64,000 bases of DNA from an uncultured Alphaproteobacteria bacterium. GTDB lineage: Bacteria > Pseudomonadota > Alphaproteobacteria > HIMB59 > GCA-002718135. Below the pieces are notes generated by a model that searched no databases, was not told the origin of the DNA, and was given only the letters and a program-made list of their open reading frames with translations. Shown piece after piece: positions 43,191 through 52,822 of the stretch. Position 1 is the stretch's first letter; the number at the start of each line of letters is the position of its first letter. The DNA is taken from the NCBI GenBank assembly GCA_902616075.1, contig CACMRK010000005.1, positions 16,236-80,235 on the forward strand. The letters run 5' to 3'. Position numbers and translations under genes: made by a program.

Positions 43191-44165
43191 TTAAATCAGA
43201 ACTTTTTCTATTTCTTCAATCACTCTAGAGACAGGTATTTTATTGATATTTTTTGAGTTAAAATCACTTGAAGATATGGAAAATAGATTTGGATTTACAG
43301 GAGTAAATTTTGTAGAATCTTTTGGACCAAATAGTTTAATTAATGGGCAATATCCAGTGGACAACATATGACTAACACCGCTATCATTCGAAATGGCTAG
43401 TTGTAAAAATTTGGTTGTAGCCATAATAATTTCTATATTTTGAAATCCAGTAATATGATCCTCAATAAATATTGAGTCAGGATAAAGATTTTTTAATTTT
43501 TCTTTTAAATTAAGTTCATCAGGTCCAATAAAAAAAACTATAGTCTTATTATTTACTTGAAGGTAGTTACATAACTCGATGTATTTTTCTAAAGACCAAA
43601 TCTTATTTTTTTCACCTGCACCAGGTGCAATTCCTACATAGCTTTTATGTTTTAATAAAATATTACTTATTATTCCTTCGAGATTTTCGCTTATTGGAAT
43701 TTTAAAATCACTTCTATTTTTTTTAAAAACTATTAAATCTAATAAATCTAAAATGTAGTTTAAATAATACTTTCTTTTCTTGTTGCTTTTAAATTTTTTA
43801 GAAGAAAAAAAACCATTAGCTGACCCAGAAATAAAATTTTTATGCTTTATTCGTTTTAATGCTATAGTTCTTATTAATGATTTTTGTGTATCTAAAATAT
43901 AATCAAAATAATCACTCTCTAAATTATATTTTTTTGATATTTTATTCCAAAAAAATGGACTAAGATTTGCTTGATCAAGAATCTCATCAATATAATTACT
44001 TGCAATGAATTTCAGAGTACTTGAATAAACAGTTTTACCCTTATTAGTAAGCCAGTATAATTTATAGTCTGGAAGTCTTGTTTTAATTTCGTGAAGAAGT
44101 TGTAATTTAATTATTCCATCTCCAATTTTTTCACCATTTGAAAAAACTAAAATTTTTTTAGTCAT
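43191..44165 (-). CDS. glycosyltransferase family 9 (heptosyltransferase-like)
   Basis: IGD near N-terminus, APGA...K.W, SNDSGVSHM, LFGP; start moved to ATG at 44165. Confidence 0.85.
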   Translation of the reverse strand: MTKKILVFSNGEKIGDGIIKLQLLHEIKTRLPDYKLYWLTNKGKTVYSSTLKFIASNYIDEILDQANLSPFFWNKISKKYNLESDYFDYILDTQKSLIRTIALKRIKHKNFISGSANGFFSSKKFKSNKKRKYYLNYILDLLDLIVFKKNRSDFKIPISENLEGIISNILLKHKSYVGIAPGAGEKNKIWSLEKYIELCNYLQVNNKTIVFFIGPDELNLKEKLKNLYPDSIFIEDHITGFQNIEIIMATTKFLQLAISNDSGVSHMLSTGYCPLIKLFGPKDSTKFTPVNPNLFSISSSDFNSKNINKIPVSRVIEEIEKVLI

Positions 44166-44379
44166 ATTAGAACACTTTAACACAAATTTTTTAAGAGTCT
44201 AATTTTCAAGAATTGTAGGATTAAATAGCGTAAATAAAACAAAACATTTCGAGGGTAATAAAAGGTAACATTTACGACCTAATTAACTAACCAAAAATTA
44301 TCAAAACTTAGACTTTTCTCTAATAAAAGCTGTGTAGTTTATCTTTGAAAAAGCAAAAAAGTTACCCTCAAAAAAAAAG

Positions 44380-44455
<76 letters not shown>

Positions 44456-44507
44456 ACAAATCATCAGATAAAGTATTTATAATTAAATTCAATTAAAAAT
44501 AGGATAA

Positions 44508-44687
44508 TTAATCAGATTTTATTTGCAGCCCATGTTCATCAGTGAGCCATTTCATCAAATCAAGACTAGCGCATTTTTTTGAACAAAAAGGTATAAATGG
44601 TTCCTTAGAAACCTTTTTACATGTTGGGCATTTAGATTTTTTTTTTAATGAAATAATATTATTTTTTTTGGATTTTTTTACTTCCAT
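44508..44687 (-). CDS. yacG: DNA gyrase inhibitor YacG (59 aa, absent from the ORF track)
   Basis: manual translation [59 protein letters not shown]; CPxC...PFCSxxC..DL..W; infA..yacG-tRNA-Phe synteny. Confidence 0.9.
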   Translation of the reverse strand: MEVKKSKKNNIISLKKKSKCPTCKKVSKEPFIPFCSKKCASLDLMKWLTDEHGLQIKSD

Positions 44688-44896
44688 CTAAAAGTAATTC
44701 TGCCTTTTGTTAAATCATAAGGTGTCATTTCTACTGTCACTTTATCACCAGCTAATACTCTTATTCTATTTTTTCTCATTTTTCCTGATGAGTGAGCTAG
44801 AATTTCATGATCATTTTCTAATTTTACTTTAAACATTGCATTTGGAAGAAGTTCTAATACAACTCCTTGAAATTCAATCGATCCTTCTTTTGGCAT
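44678..44896 (-). CDS. infA: translation initiation factor IF-1
   Basis: [39 protein letters not shown]. Confidence 0.98.
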   Translation of the reverse strand: MPKEGSIEFQGVVLELLPNAMFKVKLENDHEILAHSSGKMRKNRIRVLAGDKVTVEMTPYDLTKGRITFRWK

Positions 44897-44920
44897 ATTT
44901 GTATAAGCTTATAGTAAAAA

Positions 44921-46201
44921 TTATTTCTTTTGTCTAATTTTAACTGACAATTTGTGTCCATCTAGACCTTCAAGTCCTGACATTTTTTCAGTATCTTCCG
45001 AAAGAGCATTAAAAGATTTTTTATTCATATCAACAACAGAGGTTCTTTTCATAAAATCTAAAACACCTAGACCTGATGAAAATTTTGCCGCTCCTGATGT
45101 CGGCAATACATGGTTAGTTCCTACAATATAATCACCAAAAGCTTCGACAGAGTATTCACCTAAAAATATACCGCCAGCATTATTTATATTCGATAATAAT
45201 TTTTTATTATTAGAAATGTGAATATGTAAATGTTCTGGTGCAACAAAATTTATGATTTCTGAAGCAAGTTCTATATTATCGACCAAAGCTATAATTCCAT
45301 TATTATTTAAACTTTTTTCAATTATTTTCTTTTTTGATAAATCTTTTTTAATTTTTTTAATTGAACTTAAGACTTTAGTTGCAAAATCTTTACTATCCGT
45401 AATTAAAATTGCTTGTGCATTTTCATCATGTTCTGCTTGAGCTATTAGATCTGAAGCTACCCAATCTGGATTATTATTGTTATTTGCAACAACTATTATT
45501 TCAGATGGTCCTGCTAGCAAATCTATACCTACTTTTCCATACAATTGTTTTTTTGCCTCTGCTACATAAGCATTACCAGGTCCAAATATTTTATTGACTG
45601 GCTTAATAGTTTGAGTGCCAAACGTTAGTGCACTAATAGCTTGAGCTCCTCCTACAAAATATGTTTCTTTAATACCTAATTCCCTTATTAATTTTATAAA
45701 ATATGGATTAATTGATTTAGTTGGTGGTGTGATACAAACAATTCTTTTTACTCCAGCTATGATTGCAGGTACTGCATTCATAATTAAAGATGAGGGATAA
45801 AAAGCCCTTCCTCCAGGTACGTACAAGCCAACTGAATCAATAGGCTTCCATACAGATTTCAATGTTGCACCATTATTAGTATAGTTAATATTTTTAGGTA
45901 ATTGTTTTTTGTGAAATGATGAAATATTTTTTATAGCTTTTTTAAAACTATTAAATATTTGTGGCTCAACTTTAGGTTGTATTTTTATTTTAGATAAATC
46001 TAAACTAAGATCTTGTTTACTAATTTTAACTTTATCAAATTTTGCTGCATACTTAATTAGAGATTTATTGCCATTTTTTTTTACATCATAAATAATTTTT
46101 TTTACATCTTCTTGAATTGATTTACTTGATAATGAATTTCTGTTTTCAATCTTTGTCTGAAATTGATTATAAAAATTTTTATTAAATTTTATTATTTTCA
46201 T
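44921..46201 (-). CDS. hisD: histidinol dehydrogenase
   Basis: VGLYVPGG, GPGNAYVAEAK, AGPSE, AQAEHD, APEHL. Confidence 0.96.
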   Translation of the reverse strand: MKIIKFNKNFYNQFQTKIENRNSLSSKSIQEDVKKIIYDVKKNGNKSLIKYAAKFDKVKISKQDLSLDLSKIKIQPKVEPQIFNSFKKAIKNISSFHKKQLPKNINYTNNGATLKSVWKPIDSVGLYVPGGRAFYPSSLIMNAVPAIIAGVKRIVCITPPTKSINPYFIKLIRELGIKETYFVGGAQAISALTFGTQTIKPVNKIFGPGNAYVAEAKKQLYGKVGIDLLAGPSEIIVVANNNNNPDWVASDLIAQAEHDENAQAILITDSKDFATKVLSSIKKIKKDLSKKKIIEKSLNNNGIIALVDNIELASEIINFVAPEHLHIHISNNKKLLSNINNAGGIFLGEYSVEAFGDYIVGTNHVLPTSGAAKFSSGLGVLDFMKRTSVVDMNKKSFNALSEDTEKMSGLEGLDGHKLSVKIRQKK

Positions 46202-46845
46202 TTAACAAAAGTACCTATTTCAGAAATAATTTTTGAAACCTCATTCATATTTGTCTTATAAGCTGATCTATTGACAATTAATTTAGATTGAATTTTCATT
46301 ATTTCTTCAATTTCAGTCAAACCATTTTCTTTCAATGTTTTTCCTGTAGAAACTAAATCTACAATTCTTTTACACATATTTAAAGAAGGGGCTAATTCCA
46401 TAGATCCACTTAGTTTTATAATTTCTACTTGTATCCCCTTATTATAAAAAAATTTTTTAGTAATATTTGGGTATTTAGTAGCAATTCTAATATTACTCCA
46501 AGTTTCTGGATCCTCTTTTTTTAATAAAGATTTCAAAGCAGCTACAGAAATTCGACAATGCCCAATATTTAAATCAAGCGGAGCATATATTTCTGAGTAA
46601 TCAAATTCATTAATTACATCCTCACCAGCTATTCCTATTTGAGCAGCTCCAAATGCAACAAATGTACATGCATCAAAGGCTCTTACTTTGATATACTCAA
46701 TGTTTCTTTTTTTAGATTTAAAAGTTAACTTTCTTGTATCTTTATCAAATAGTAAAGGATCAGGGGCAAAACTTGTTTTAAGTAACAAGTTTTTACATTC
46801 TTTTGTTATTCTGCCTCTTGGTACTGCAATAACTATTTTGCTCAT
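46198..46845 (-). CDS. hisG: ATP phosphoribosyltransferase, short form (needs HisZ)
   Basis: IAVPRGR, IATKYP, GSMELAP, IVDLVSTGKTLKENGL; 215 aa. Confidence 0.95.
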   Translation of the reverse strand: MSKIVIAVPRGRITKECKNLLLKTSFAPDPLLFDKDTRKLTFKSKKRNIEYIKVRAFDACTFVAFGAAQIGIAGEDVINEFDYSEIYAPLDLNIGHCRISVAALKSLLKKEDPETWSNIRIATKYPNITKKFFYNKGIQVEIIKLSGSMELAPSLNMCKRIVDLVSTGKTLKENGLTEIEEIMKIQSKLIVNRSAYKTNMNEVSKIISEIGTFVK

Positions 46846-46891
46846 AAATTGCAGGCTTTTATATTGTGATCAAAGAAAAAACTAGAAAAAG

Positions 46892-48148
46892 TTAGTTTTT
46901 CTGTCTTTTTATTTTTGCTCCCAAACTACCTAATGTTTTTTCAATATTTTCATAGCCTCTATCAAGATGATAGACACGATTTAGTGTCGTTTGACCATTC
47001 GCATTCATAGCAGCTAACACTAAACTTATACTAGCTCGTAAATCACTAGCCATTACCTGCGCTCCTTTAAATGTTTGATTGCCTATTATTGTAGCGGTAT
47101 CTTTTTCTACTGTAATATTCGCACCTAATCGATTCAGTTCAGGAACATGCATGAATCTATTTTCAAAAATTGTTTCTTTAATTTTTGACTTCCCATCAGA
47201 GATACACATAAGAGACATTAACTGAGCTTGTAAATCGGTGGGAAAACCTGGATATGGACTAGTTGAAAGACTAGTAGATTTTAGTTTTGATCCTTTAGAG
47301 ACTTTTATCGAATTTTTACTTACTTTTAATTTTGCACCCATTTTTTTTAAAATATCAATTAAGGAATTTAAATAAATAGTATTAAAGTTATTTATTTCTA
47401 AAGCTGAATTTAACATTAAAGCTGCAATTATATATGTGCCAGCTACAATTCTATCAGCAATTATCTCATGCTCTGCTTTTTTTAAATTTGTTACACCTTG
47501 TACAAGAATAGTTTTTGTTCCATGACCTTCAATTTTTGCACCCATTTTTATAAGACATTTTGACAAATCTTCTATTTCTGGTTCTCTTGCAGCATTAGAA
47601 ATTTTAGTTTCACCTTTTGCCAATACTGAGGCCATTAGTATATTTTCAGTTGCTCCTACACTTGGAAATGGTAATTTAATTTTATTTCCAATTAATTGTG
47701 ATTTAACACTACCAACAACAAAACCATTTTGAATTTCAAAATTAGCTCCCAATTTTGATAAACCAGCAAGATGTATATCTATTGGCCTAGTTCCAATAGC
47801 ACATCCTCCTGGTAAAGATATTCTAGCCTCACCAAATCGAGAAAGTAATGGACCTAGAATCAATATGGAGGCTCTCATTTTTCGCACAACATCATAATCT
47901 GCTGATAGATTCTTAATTTTTGATGGGTTTATTTTTAATTTATTTTTTTTGTGTTCAATTTTTACACCATAATTTTTCAGTAATTTTATTAAATTTAAAA
48001 CATCAACCACATTAGGTACATTTGAGAGTTTTAAAGTTTTTTTAGATAAAAGAGAAGATACTATAATCGGTAGTGCAGAATTTTTTGAACCGTGAACATT
48101 AACTGCCCCAGAAATTTTTGAACCTCCTTTTATTATTAATTTATCCAT
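46892..48148 (-). CDS. murA: UDP-N-acetylglucosamine 1-carboxyvinyltransferase
   Basis: GSKNSALP, SLPGGCAIGTRP, PYPGFPTDLQAQ, DLRAS, HLDRGYE. Confidence 0.98.
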   Translation of the reverse strand: MDKLIIKGGSKISGAVNVHGSKNSALPIIVSSLLSKKTLKLSNVPNVVDVLNLIKLLKNYGVKIEHKKNKLKINPSKIKNLSADYDVVRKMRASILILGPLLSRFGEARISLPGGCAIGTRPIDIHLAGLSKLGANFEIQNGFVVGSVKSQLIGNKIKLPFPSVGATENILMASVLAKGETKISNAAREPEIEDLSKCLIKMGAKIEGHGTKTILVQGVTNLKKAEHEIIADRIVAGTYIIAALMLNSALEINNFNTIYLNSLIDILKKMGAKLKVSKNSIKVSKGSKLKSTSLSTSPYPGFPTDLQAQLMSLMCISDGKSKIKETIFENRFMHVPELNRLGANITVEKDTATIIGNQTFKGAQVMASDLRASISLVLAAMNANGQTTLNRVYHLDRGYENIEKTLGSLGAKIKRQKN

Positions 48149-48290
48149 TTTTGCTAATAGCTTGTTTTCTTTTTAAAATATTTGATTTCAGTTTTTTTTC
48201 TAACCTTTTTAATCTCGTTAAGCGTATGTCTTTTTTAGAATCATCTTTTGCTTGATGTGTATCTTTTTCTTTATTTAATTTATCTGTCAT
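48141..48290 (-). CDS. small basic hypothetical protein upstream of murA (49 aa, absent from the ORF track)
   Basis: manual translation MTDKLNKEKDTHQAKDDSKKDIRLTRLKRLEKKLKSNILKRKQAISKNG; overlaps murA start by 8 bp and fills the gap exactly. Confidence 0.7.
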   Translation of the reverse strand: MTDKLNKEKDTHQAKDDSKKDIRLTRLKRLEKKLKSNILKRKQAISKNG

Positions 48291-48299
48291 AAATAAGAT

Positions 48300-48446
48300 T
48301 TAATTATTATTATTTTTTTTTAATCCATTTTTAGAGCATTTCTTAGAACAATATAAAACATTCTTCCAATCTCTTTCCCATTTTTTTCTCCAAGAGAATG
48401 GCTTATTGCAAACAATACAAACTTTTGATGGTAAGTTTTTCTTCAA
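48300..48446 (-). CDS. DUF2256 family small Cys-rich protein
   Basis: [30 protein letters not shown]; likely TTG start at 48446, 4 bp after the transporter stop. Confidence 0.8.
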   Translation of the reverse strand: MKKNLPSKVCIVCNKPFSWRKKWERDWKNVLYCSKKCSKNGLKKNNNN

Positions 48447-48450
48447 GATT

Positions 48451-49599
48451 TTACTCAAATAGGTAAAAATATCCGTAGGCAACAACTAATGCAGGAATTG
48501 CACTATAAAGGGTTGCTAAAATCGCAGCTTTTGGGGCAAGAGCAATTGCTGGGAATAAAGCATCACCATCATTTGAAATAGCATTACCAAGCTCAGCAGA
48601 AAGAGGAATAAAGCCATTTAGATAAAACGTTGCTACAACAACTTGCGGTCCACAACCAGGTAAAAAACCAAATAGAATTGCTACCAATGGAACAAACGGT
48701 AGCCATAAATCAAAAAATATTTTTAAATCTAAACTTGTAAAGTACATAAATATTTCAAAGACAAGAAAACCACTGATGACCCAGGTGGTTACAAAATTAG
48801 TTGTATCTACTACTCTTGATAATAATCCTCTACTTTTGTCAGTTGAGCATTGAAAATCACTTAATGGATTTAAAGACCACATAAATATTGAAAGTATTGC
48901 TCCAGCAGATGCTACAAAAACTAAAAGTGAGTTGTAAGCTGGTGAAAATTCTATCTGGAATGCAACTAGAATACCTAAAATAAAACCAGGGATAAATAAA
49001 AAAAGCCAAAAGAAATTAAAATTCGATACAAAAGTTTTATTTATTTTTTCAAATTCAACTTTTATTTTTGTCTCTGATTGCATAAAATTTATGCCATGAA
49101 TAAAATCAATTATATAACCTGAAATTGATCCAACAATTATTCCAATACCAAATATTAAAAGTCCTGTTGTGGGCTCAATAGCAAGTATTAAAAAAGCTGC
49201 ATCACCCATTGTCGCTGTTAACACAGCAACTAAGGATCCGAAAGAAATACGGCCCTGGATATATTGCGTTACAACTATTATAGCTCCACCACATCCAGGT
49301 ATTGCACCTAAAAAAGCAGCTATACCGACATGGAACTTTTGTGTCTTAGATAAAAAATATTTAACATCAAATTTTGTTAAACTATCCAAGCCAATAAAAA
49401 CAAATAGAGTAAATCCAACAAAAACAGATACCTGGATATAAGCATCTATCATTGATGATCGTATAACTTCTCCAAACTCTCCTCCTTGAAAAACAAGAGA
49501 AAGTAATAATAAACCAAAGAAAGATTTCTTTAATAACCTTCCATCATTCTCAAGAATGACCTTTGTTTTTTCATTAATAGCGTTAATTAGAGCATTCAT
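48451..49599 (-). CDS. mntX: putative manganese uptake transporter (MntX / DUF2899 family)
   Basis: duplicated PGCGG and PGCGPQ motifs, [17 protein letters not shown]; divergent from mntR with operator between them. Confidence 0.8.
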   Translation of the reverse strand: MNALINAINEKTKVILENDGRLLKKSFFGLLLLSLVFQGGEFGEVIRSSMIDAYIQVSVFVGFTLFVFIGLDSLTKFDVKYFLSKTQKFHVGIAAFLGAIPGCGGAIIVVTQYIQGRISFGSLVAVLTATMGDAAFLILAIEPTTGLLIFGIGIIVGSISGYIIDFIHGINFMQSETKIKVEFEKINKTFVSNFNFFWLFLFIPGFILGILVAFQIEFSPAYNSLLVFVASAGAILSIFMWSLNPLSDFQCSTDKSRGLLSRVVDTTNFVTTWVISGFLVFEIFMYFTSLDLKIFFDLWLPFVPLVAILFGFLPGCGPQVVVATFYLNGFIPLSAELGNAISNDGDALFPAIALAPKAAILATLYSAIPALVVAYGYFYLFE

Positions 49600-49619
49600 T
49601 GAATGTATATATAGCTAAT

Positions 49620-49641
49620 AAATATAGCTATGGCTACATTT
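49620..49641. promoter_or_regulatory. MntR operator overlapping the mntX -35 box
   Basis: AAATATAGC-TATG-GCTACATTT resembles the E. coli MntR box AAACATAGC-N4-GCTATGTTT; minus strand reads TAGCCA-N17-TATATA before the mntX ATG. Confidence 0.8.
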
Positions 49642-49664
49642 TCTGTTAATTTTTGTTGATTATT

Positions 49665-50069
49665 ATGCTAAAAAAAAGGATGTCTTTCAGCAAAGTCCGA
49701 AATGCTCATAAAACAGAAAATACTGAAGATTATTTAGAACTAATTGCAGAACTTTTAAATTCAAAAGGTGAAGCCCGTATTGTTGATATTGCTGAAAGCT
49801 TGGGTATTGCACAAGCCACAGCCAATAAAACAATACAAAGATTACAAACACAGGGTTTCATTAAAAGAGAACCTTATCGATCAATTTTTTTAACTTTTAA
49901 AGGTCAAAAAATAGCAAGTGAGTCAAAAAAAAGGCATAATATTGTATACAATTTTTTACTAAATCTTGGTTTAGACAAGAATACAGCTTCAGAAGATGCT
50001 GAAGGAATAGAGCATCATGTTAGTGAAAAGACACTTCGAAAAATGGATAATTTTAACTCGAAAAAATAA
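49665..50069 (+). CDS. mntR: manganese-dependent repressor, DtxR/MntR family
   Basis: EDYLELI, ARIVDIA, PYRSIFLT, RH.IV, DAEGIEHHVS; start uncertain (49665 or 49680). Confidence 0.93.
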   Translation: MLKKRMSFSKVRNAHKTENTEDYLELIAELLNSKGEARIVDIAESLGIAQATANKTIQRLQTQGFIKREPYRSIFLTFKGQKIASESKKRHNIVYNFLLNLGLDKNTASEDAEGIEHHVSEKTLRKMDNFNSKK

Positions 50070-50104
50070 ATTTAATTTATTGCCAAATCAATTTTATCTA
50101 GTGT

Positions 50105-50141
50105 ATAAAAAAGAAGGGACACGGCGAATATCCCTTCTTTT
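50105..50141 (-). terminator. intrinsic terminator (probably bidirectional) between mntR and the methyltransferase
   Basis: minus strand AAGAAGGGATAT-TCGCC-GTGTCCCTTCTTTTTT; G-U pairs favour the minus strand. Confidence 0.75.
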
Positions 50142-50232
50142 CATCGTTGGTTTATGGATAGAAAATAAACCTAAGTAATAAATACCCGATTCTCGGTTTT
50201 GGCTCAAATTTTTTAATTAAAAAGCCTAAATT

Positions 50233-50856
50233 TTAATATTTTTGTAATAAAACAATTTTTATTTTTATTTTATTTTTGAAATCATTGTTCAAAGGTAGAT
50301 AATTTAATGGTCTAGAAATTTTATTGATTTTTAATGACTTTTGATGTTTTTTTAAAATACTTAAAAAATCCTGTTTCTCCCATAAATCTATTCTATGGGT
50401 AAATAGTACAAAGCCTTTTTCTTTAATATTTTTATTAATATTAGCAAAAAATTTGTCAAAGTTTTTGCAATACGTCATGGAGCCAATCAGGGAAATGAGA
50501 TCAAATTTTATTTTATAATGATGTAATTGTTCAAAATTTTTTATTTGTAATTTTTTATAAATTTTTTTTCCTGATGAAATTTTCAGGCTTTTTTTTGAAA
50601 TATCTGAACCATAAATATGACTTTTTGGATAAACTTTTTTTAATTCAGCACCAAATAAACCAGTTCCACATGCTAAGTCTAAGATATTTTTTGGCTTGAT
50701 ATTAATCGTTTCTTTTAAAAATTTAATGCTCTTTTTAGGTGCTTGATAATTCCATAACTTGAGTGTTGCATCATAATTTTCTGACCAATCATCATAATAT
50801 TTTGTTGTTTTACTCAAATTGCCAACGCCAGAAACTAGTGATTTAAAATTACTCAT
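50233..50856 (-). CDS. class I SAM-dependent methyltransferase
   Basis: YDDW...YD N-terminus, ILDLACGTGL, DIS. Confidence 0.85.
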   Translation of the reverse strand: MSNFKSLVSGVGNLSKTTKYYDDWSENYDATLKLWNYQAPKKSIKFLKETINIKPKNILDLACGTGLFGAELKKVYPKSHIYGSDISKKSLKISSGKKIYKKLQIKNFEQLHHYKIKFDLISLIGSMTYCKNFDKFFANINKNIKEKGFVLFTHRIDLWEKQDFLSILKKHQKSLKINKISRPLNYLPLNNDFKNKIKIKIVLLQKY

Positions 50857-51655
50857 ATTTTAAAGAAGGAATTTTTTTTCTTATTTTATTTACATCAGAA
50901 ATATTAATAGTTGAGTTAATGACTGCAGGTTTATTTTTGGTACTATTTATAATCTTCCCCCATGGATCTACCAAAAGAGAATGCCCATAAGTCTCTCTTT
51001 TCATATGATGATTTCCACACATACCTGTTGCCACAATAAATACATTATTCTCTATAGCCCTTGATCTATTCAAAACCTCCCAATGATCTTTCCCAGTTGG
51101 TCTAGTAAAAGCAGCAGGAACTAAAATAATTGAACAATCTTTTTTAGCAAGTTGCCTATATAAATTAGGAAATCGTAAATCATAACAAATTGTCATTCCT
51201 AATTTAATATTATTAATTTTTGTAAAAATTATTTTATTACCAGCTTTGAACAAAGATGATTCCTGATGTTTTTCTTTGTTATTAATTTCAACATCAAACA
51301 TATGTATCTTATCATATGTTTTTTTTATGACTCCATAATTGTTTATAAAAAAAGATCTATTAACCAATTTGCTTTTGTTTTTAATTCTTAAAAGTAAAGA
51401 ACCTAGATTTATATTTACTTTATTTTTCTTAGCAAAATCTTTTGCCATCTTCAAAACTGGGCATGTATTTTGGTATGGTGCGTTAAAAATTAAATAACTT
51501 TTATCATTAGTAATGATGTTCGAGCATTCTGGTGTGCAAATTAAGTGCGGTTTAAATTTTAATGTATTATTAAAACTTTTTTCAATAATTTTTGCATTTA
51601 AAGCTGGGACGTGACTTGCTTGGAATTGAACTTGAGATATTTTTAATTTATTCAT
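50849..51655 (-). CDS. carbon-nitrogen hydrolase (Nit1-like)
   Basis: Glu-Lys-Cys triad: PEC, YDKIHMFDV, ICYDLRFP; GHSLLVDPWG. Confidence 0.9.
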   Translation of the reverse strand: MNKLKISQVQFQASHVPALNAKIIEKSFNNTLKFKPHLICTPECSNIITNDKSYLIFNAPYQNTCPVLKMAKDFAKKNKVNINLGSLLLRIKNKSKLVNRSFFINNYGVIKKTYDKIHMFDVEINNKEKHQESSLFKAGNKIIFTKINNIKLGMTICYDLRFPNLYRQLAKKDCSIILVPAAFTRPTGKDHWEVLNRSRAIENNVFIVATGMCGNHHMKRETYGHSLLVDPWGKIINSTKNKPAVINSTINISDVNKIRKKIPSLKYE

Positions 51656-51661
51656 TTAAAT

Positions 51662-52822
51662 TTATTTAAACTTTAGTAAAAAAACAACTCCAGAAGTAAA
51701 GACTATAATACACAATAAATACATATTTAAAGTAAGCGAAAAGGTTTCAGCTAAAAAGCCAATTGCTGCTGGCATAATCATTGTTGAGGATAATCCAATT
51801 GTAATAAGATTGGTAACTGTCATAGGAATACTCTCTGAGGACTGTTTGACTGCTTGTCTAATCACAATTGGAACTAAATTAGCTATGGCAAATCCATAAA
51901 GACTTAGAACTGCAAGAATAATATAAAAATTATTAGTTAATAAGGATAAAAACATTATTGATGCTCCAATCATTACAAAATGGCAACCAACAACTTTTTC
52001 TGTAAATAATTTAATCAAAGAATTTGAAAATAGATTAGCAAAAATACCTCCAATACTGAAAAATATTAATCCCATACTAGCTAAGTAAAGAGGAGCATTT
52101 AAATCTTTTGATAACCATAATGTTGACCAATCCATAATTATTCCACCTGAACCGAACACAAAAAATAATAAAAATCCAAATAAAAGAACATTAGTCTCTG
52201 GAATTTTGAATTTTTCTCCTTCACCTCTAAAATCTAAATTTCGAGGTAATCCGAACAAATATACAAAAATAGAAACAAATAGTGATAGAAAAGATAAAAT
52301 TCCAAAAAATAAATAAGGCTCATAATTATTTCTCATAATTATACCTGCTAATGAACCGCCAACTAAAATACCTAAATTGAAACCCATAGCATAGTAAGGT
52401 GTAATAATTTTTTTAAAATGTTTTTCAATTAATTGACTATGTATTCCTCCTATTGGTCCAGATGCTCCCCATCCAATTCCAGCCGGTATAAATGTTAATA
52501 AAAAATAAAAATATGAAGAAGAAATAATAGCTAAAAAGGTAGAAAAGGTAACCAATGGAAAAGCTAGAGACATAATTAATTTTGTTCCATACTTTGGCAC
52601 AAGTATACGACCTGCTATCTGATTAGAAATAATAAAGAAGATACCAAAAAGCAGTATCGCAAAACTGAAATCAGATTCATCTATGGATAATCTATTAAAA
52701 ATCCAAGGCGTTACACCAAAATAACAGCCAACAACTATCATGGGATAAGTTGAAGTGATTACTGAAGCAAGCGTTGCCCTTCTAAATATTTTAATTTCCT
52801 CTGACACAAATATTTTTACCAA
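51662..52822 (-). CDS. MFS transporter
   Basis: about 12 hydrophobic segments, DWSTLWL in the second half, 386 aa. Confidence 0.8.
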   Translation of the reverse strand: MVKIFVSEEIKIFRRATLASVITSTYPMIVVGCYFGVTPWIFNRLSIDESDFSFAILLFGIFFIISNQIAGRILVPKYGTKLIMSLAFPLVTFSTFLAIISSSYFYFLLTFIPAGIGWGASGPIGGIHSQLIEKHFKKIITPYYAMGFNLGILVGGSLAGIIMRNNYEPYLFFGILSFLSLFVSIFVYLFGLPRNLDFRGEGEKFKIPETNVLLFGFLLFFVFGSGGIIMDWSTLWLSKDLNAPLYLASMGLIFFSIGGIFANLFSNSLIKLFTEKVVGCHFVMIGASIMFLSLLTNNFYIILAVLSLYGFAIANLVPIVIRQAVKQSSESIPMTVTNLITIGLSSTMIMPAAIGFLAETFSLTLNMYLLCIIVFTSGVVFLLKFK

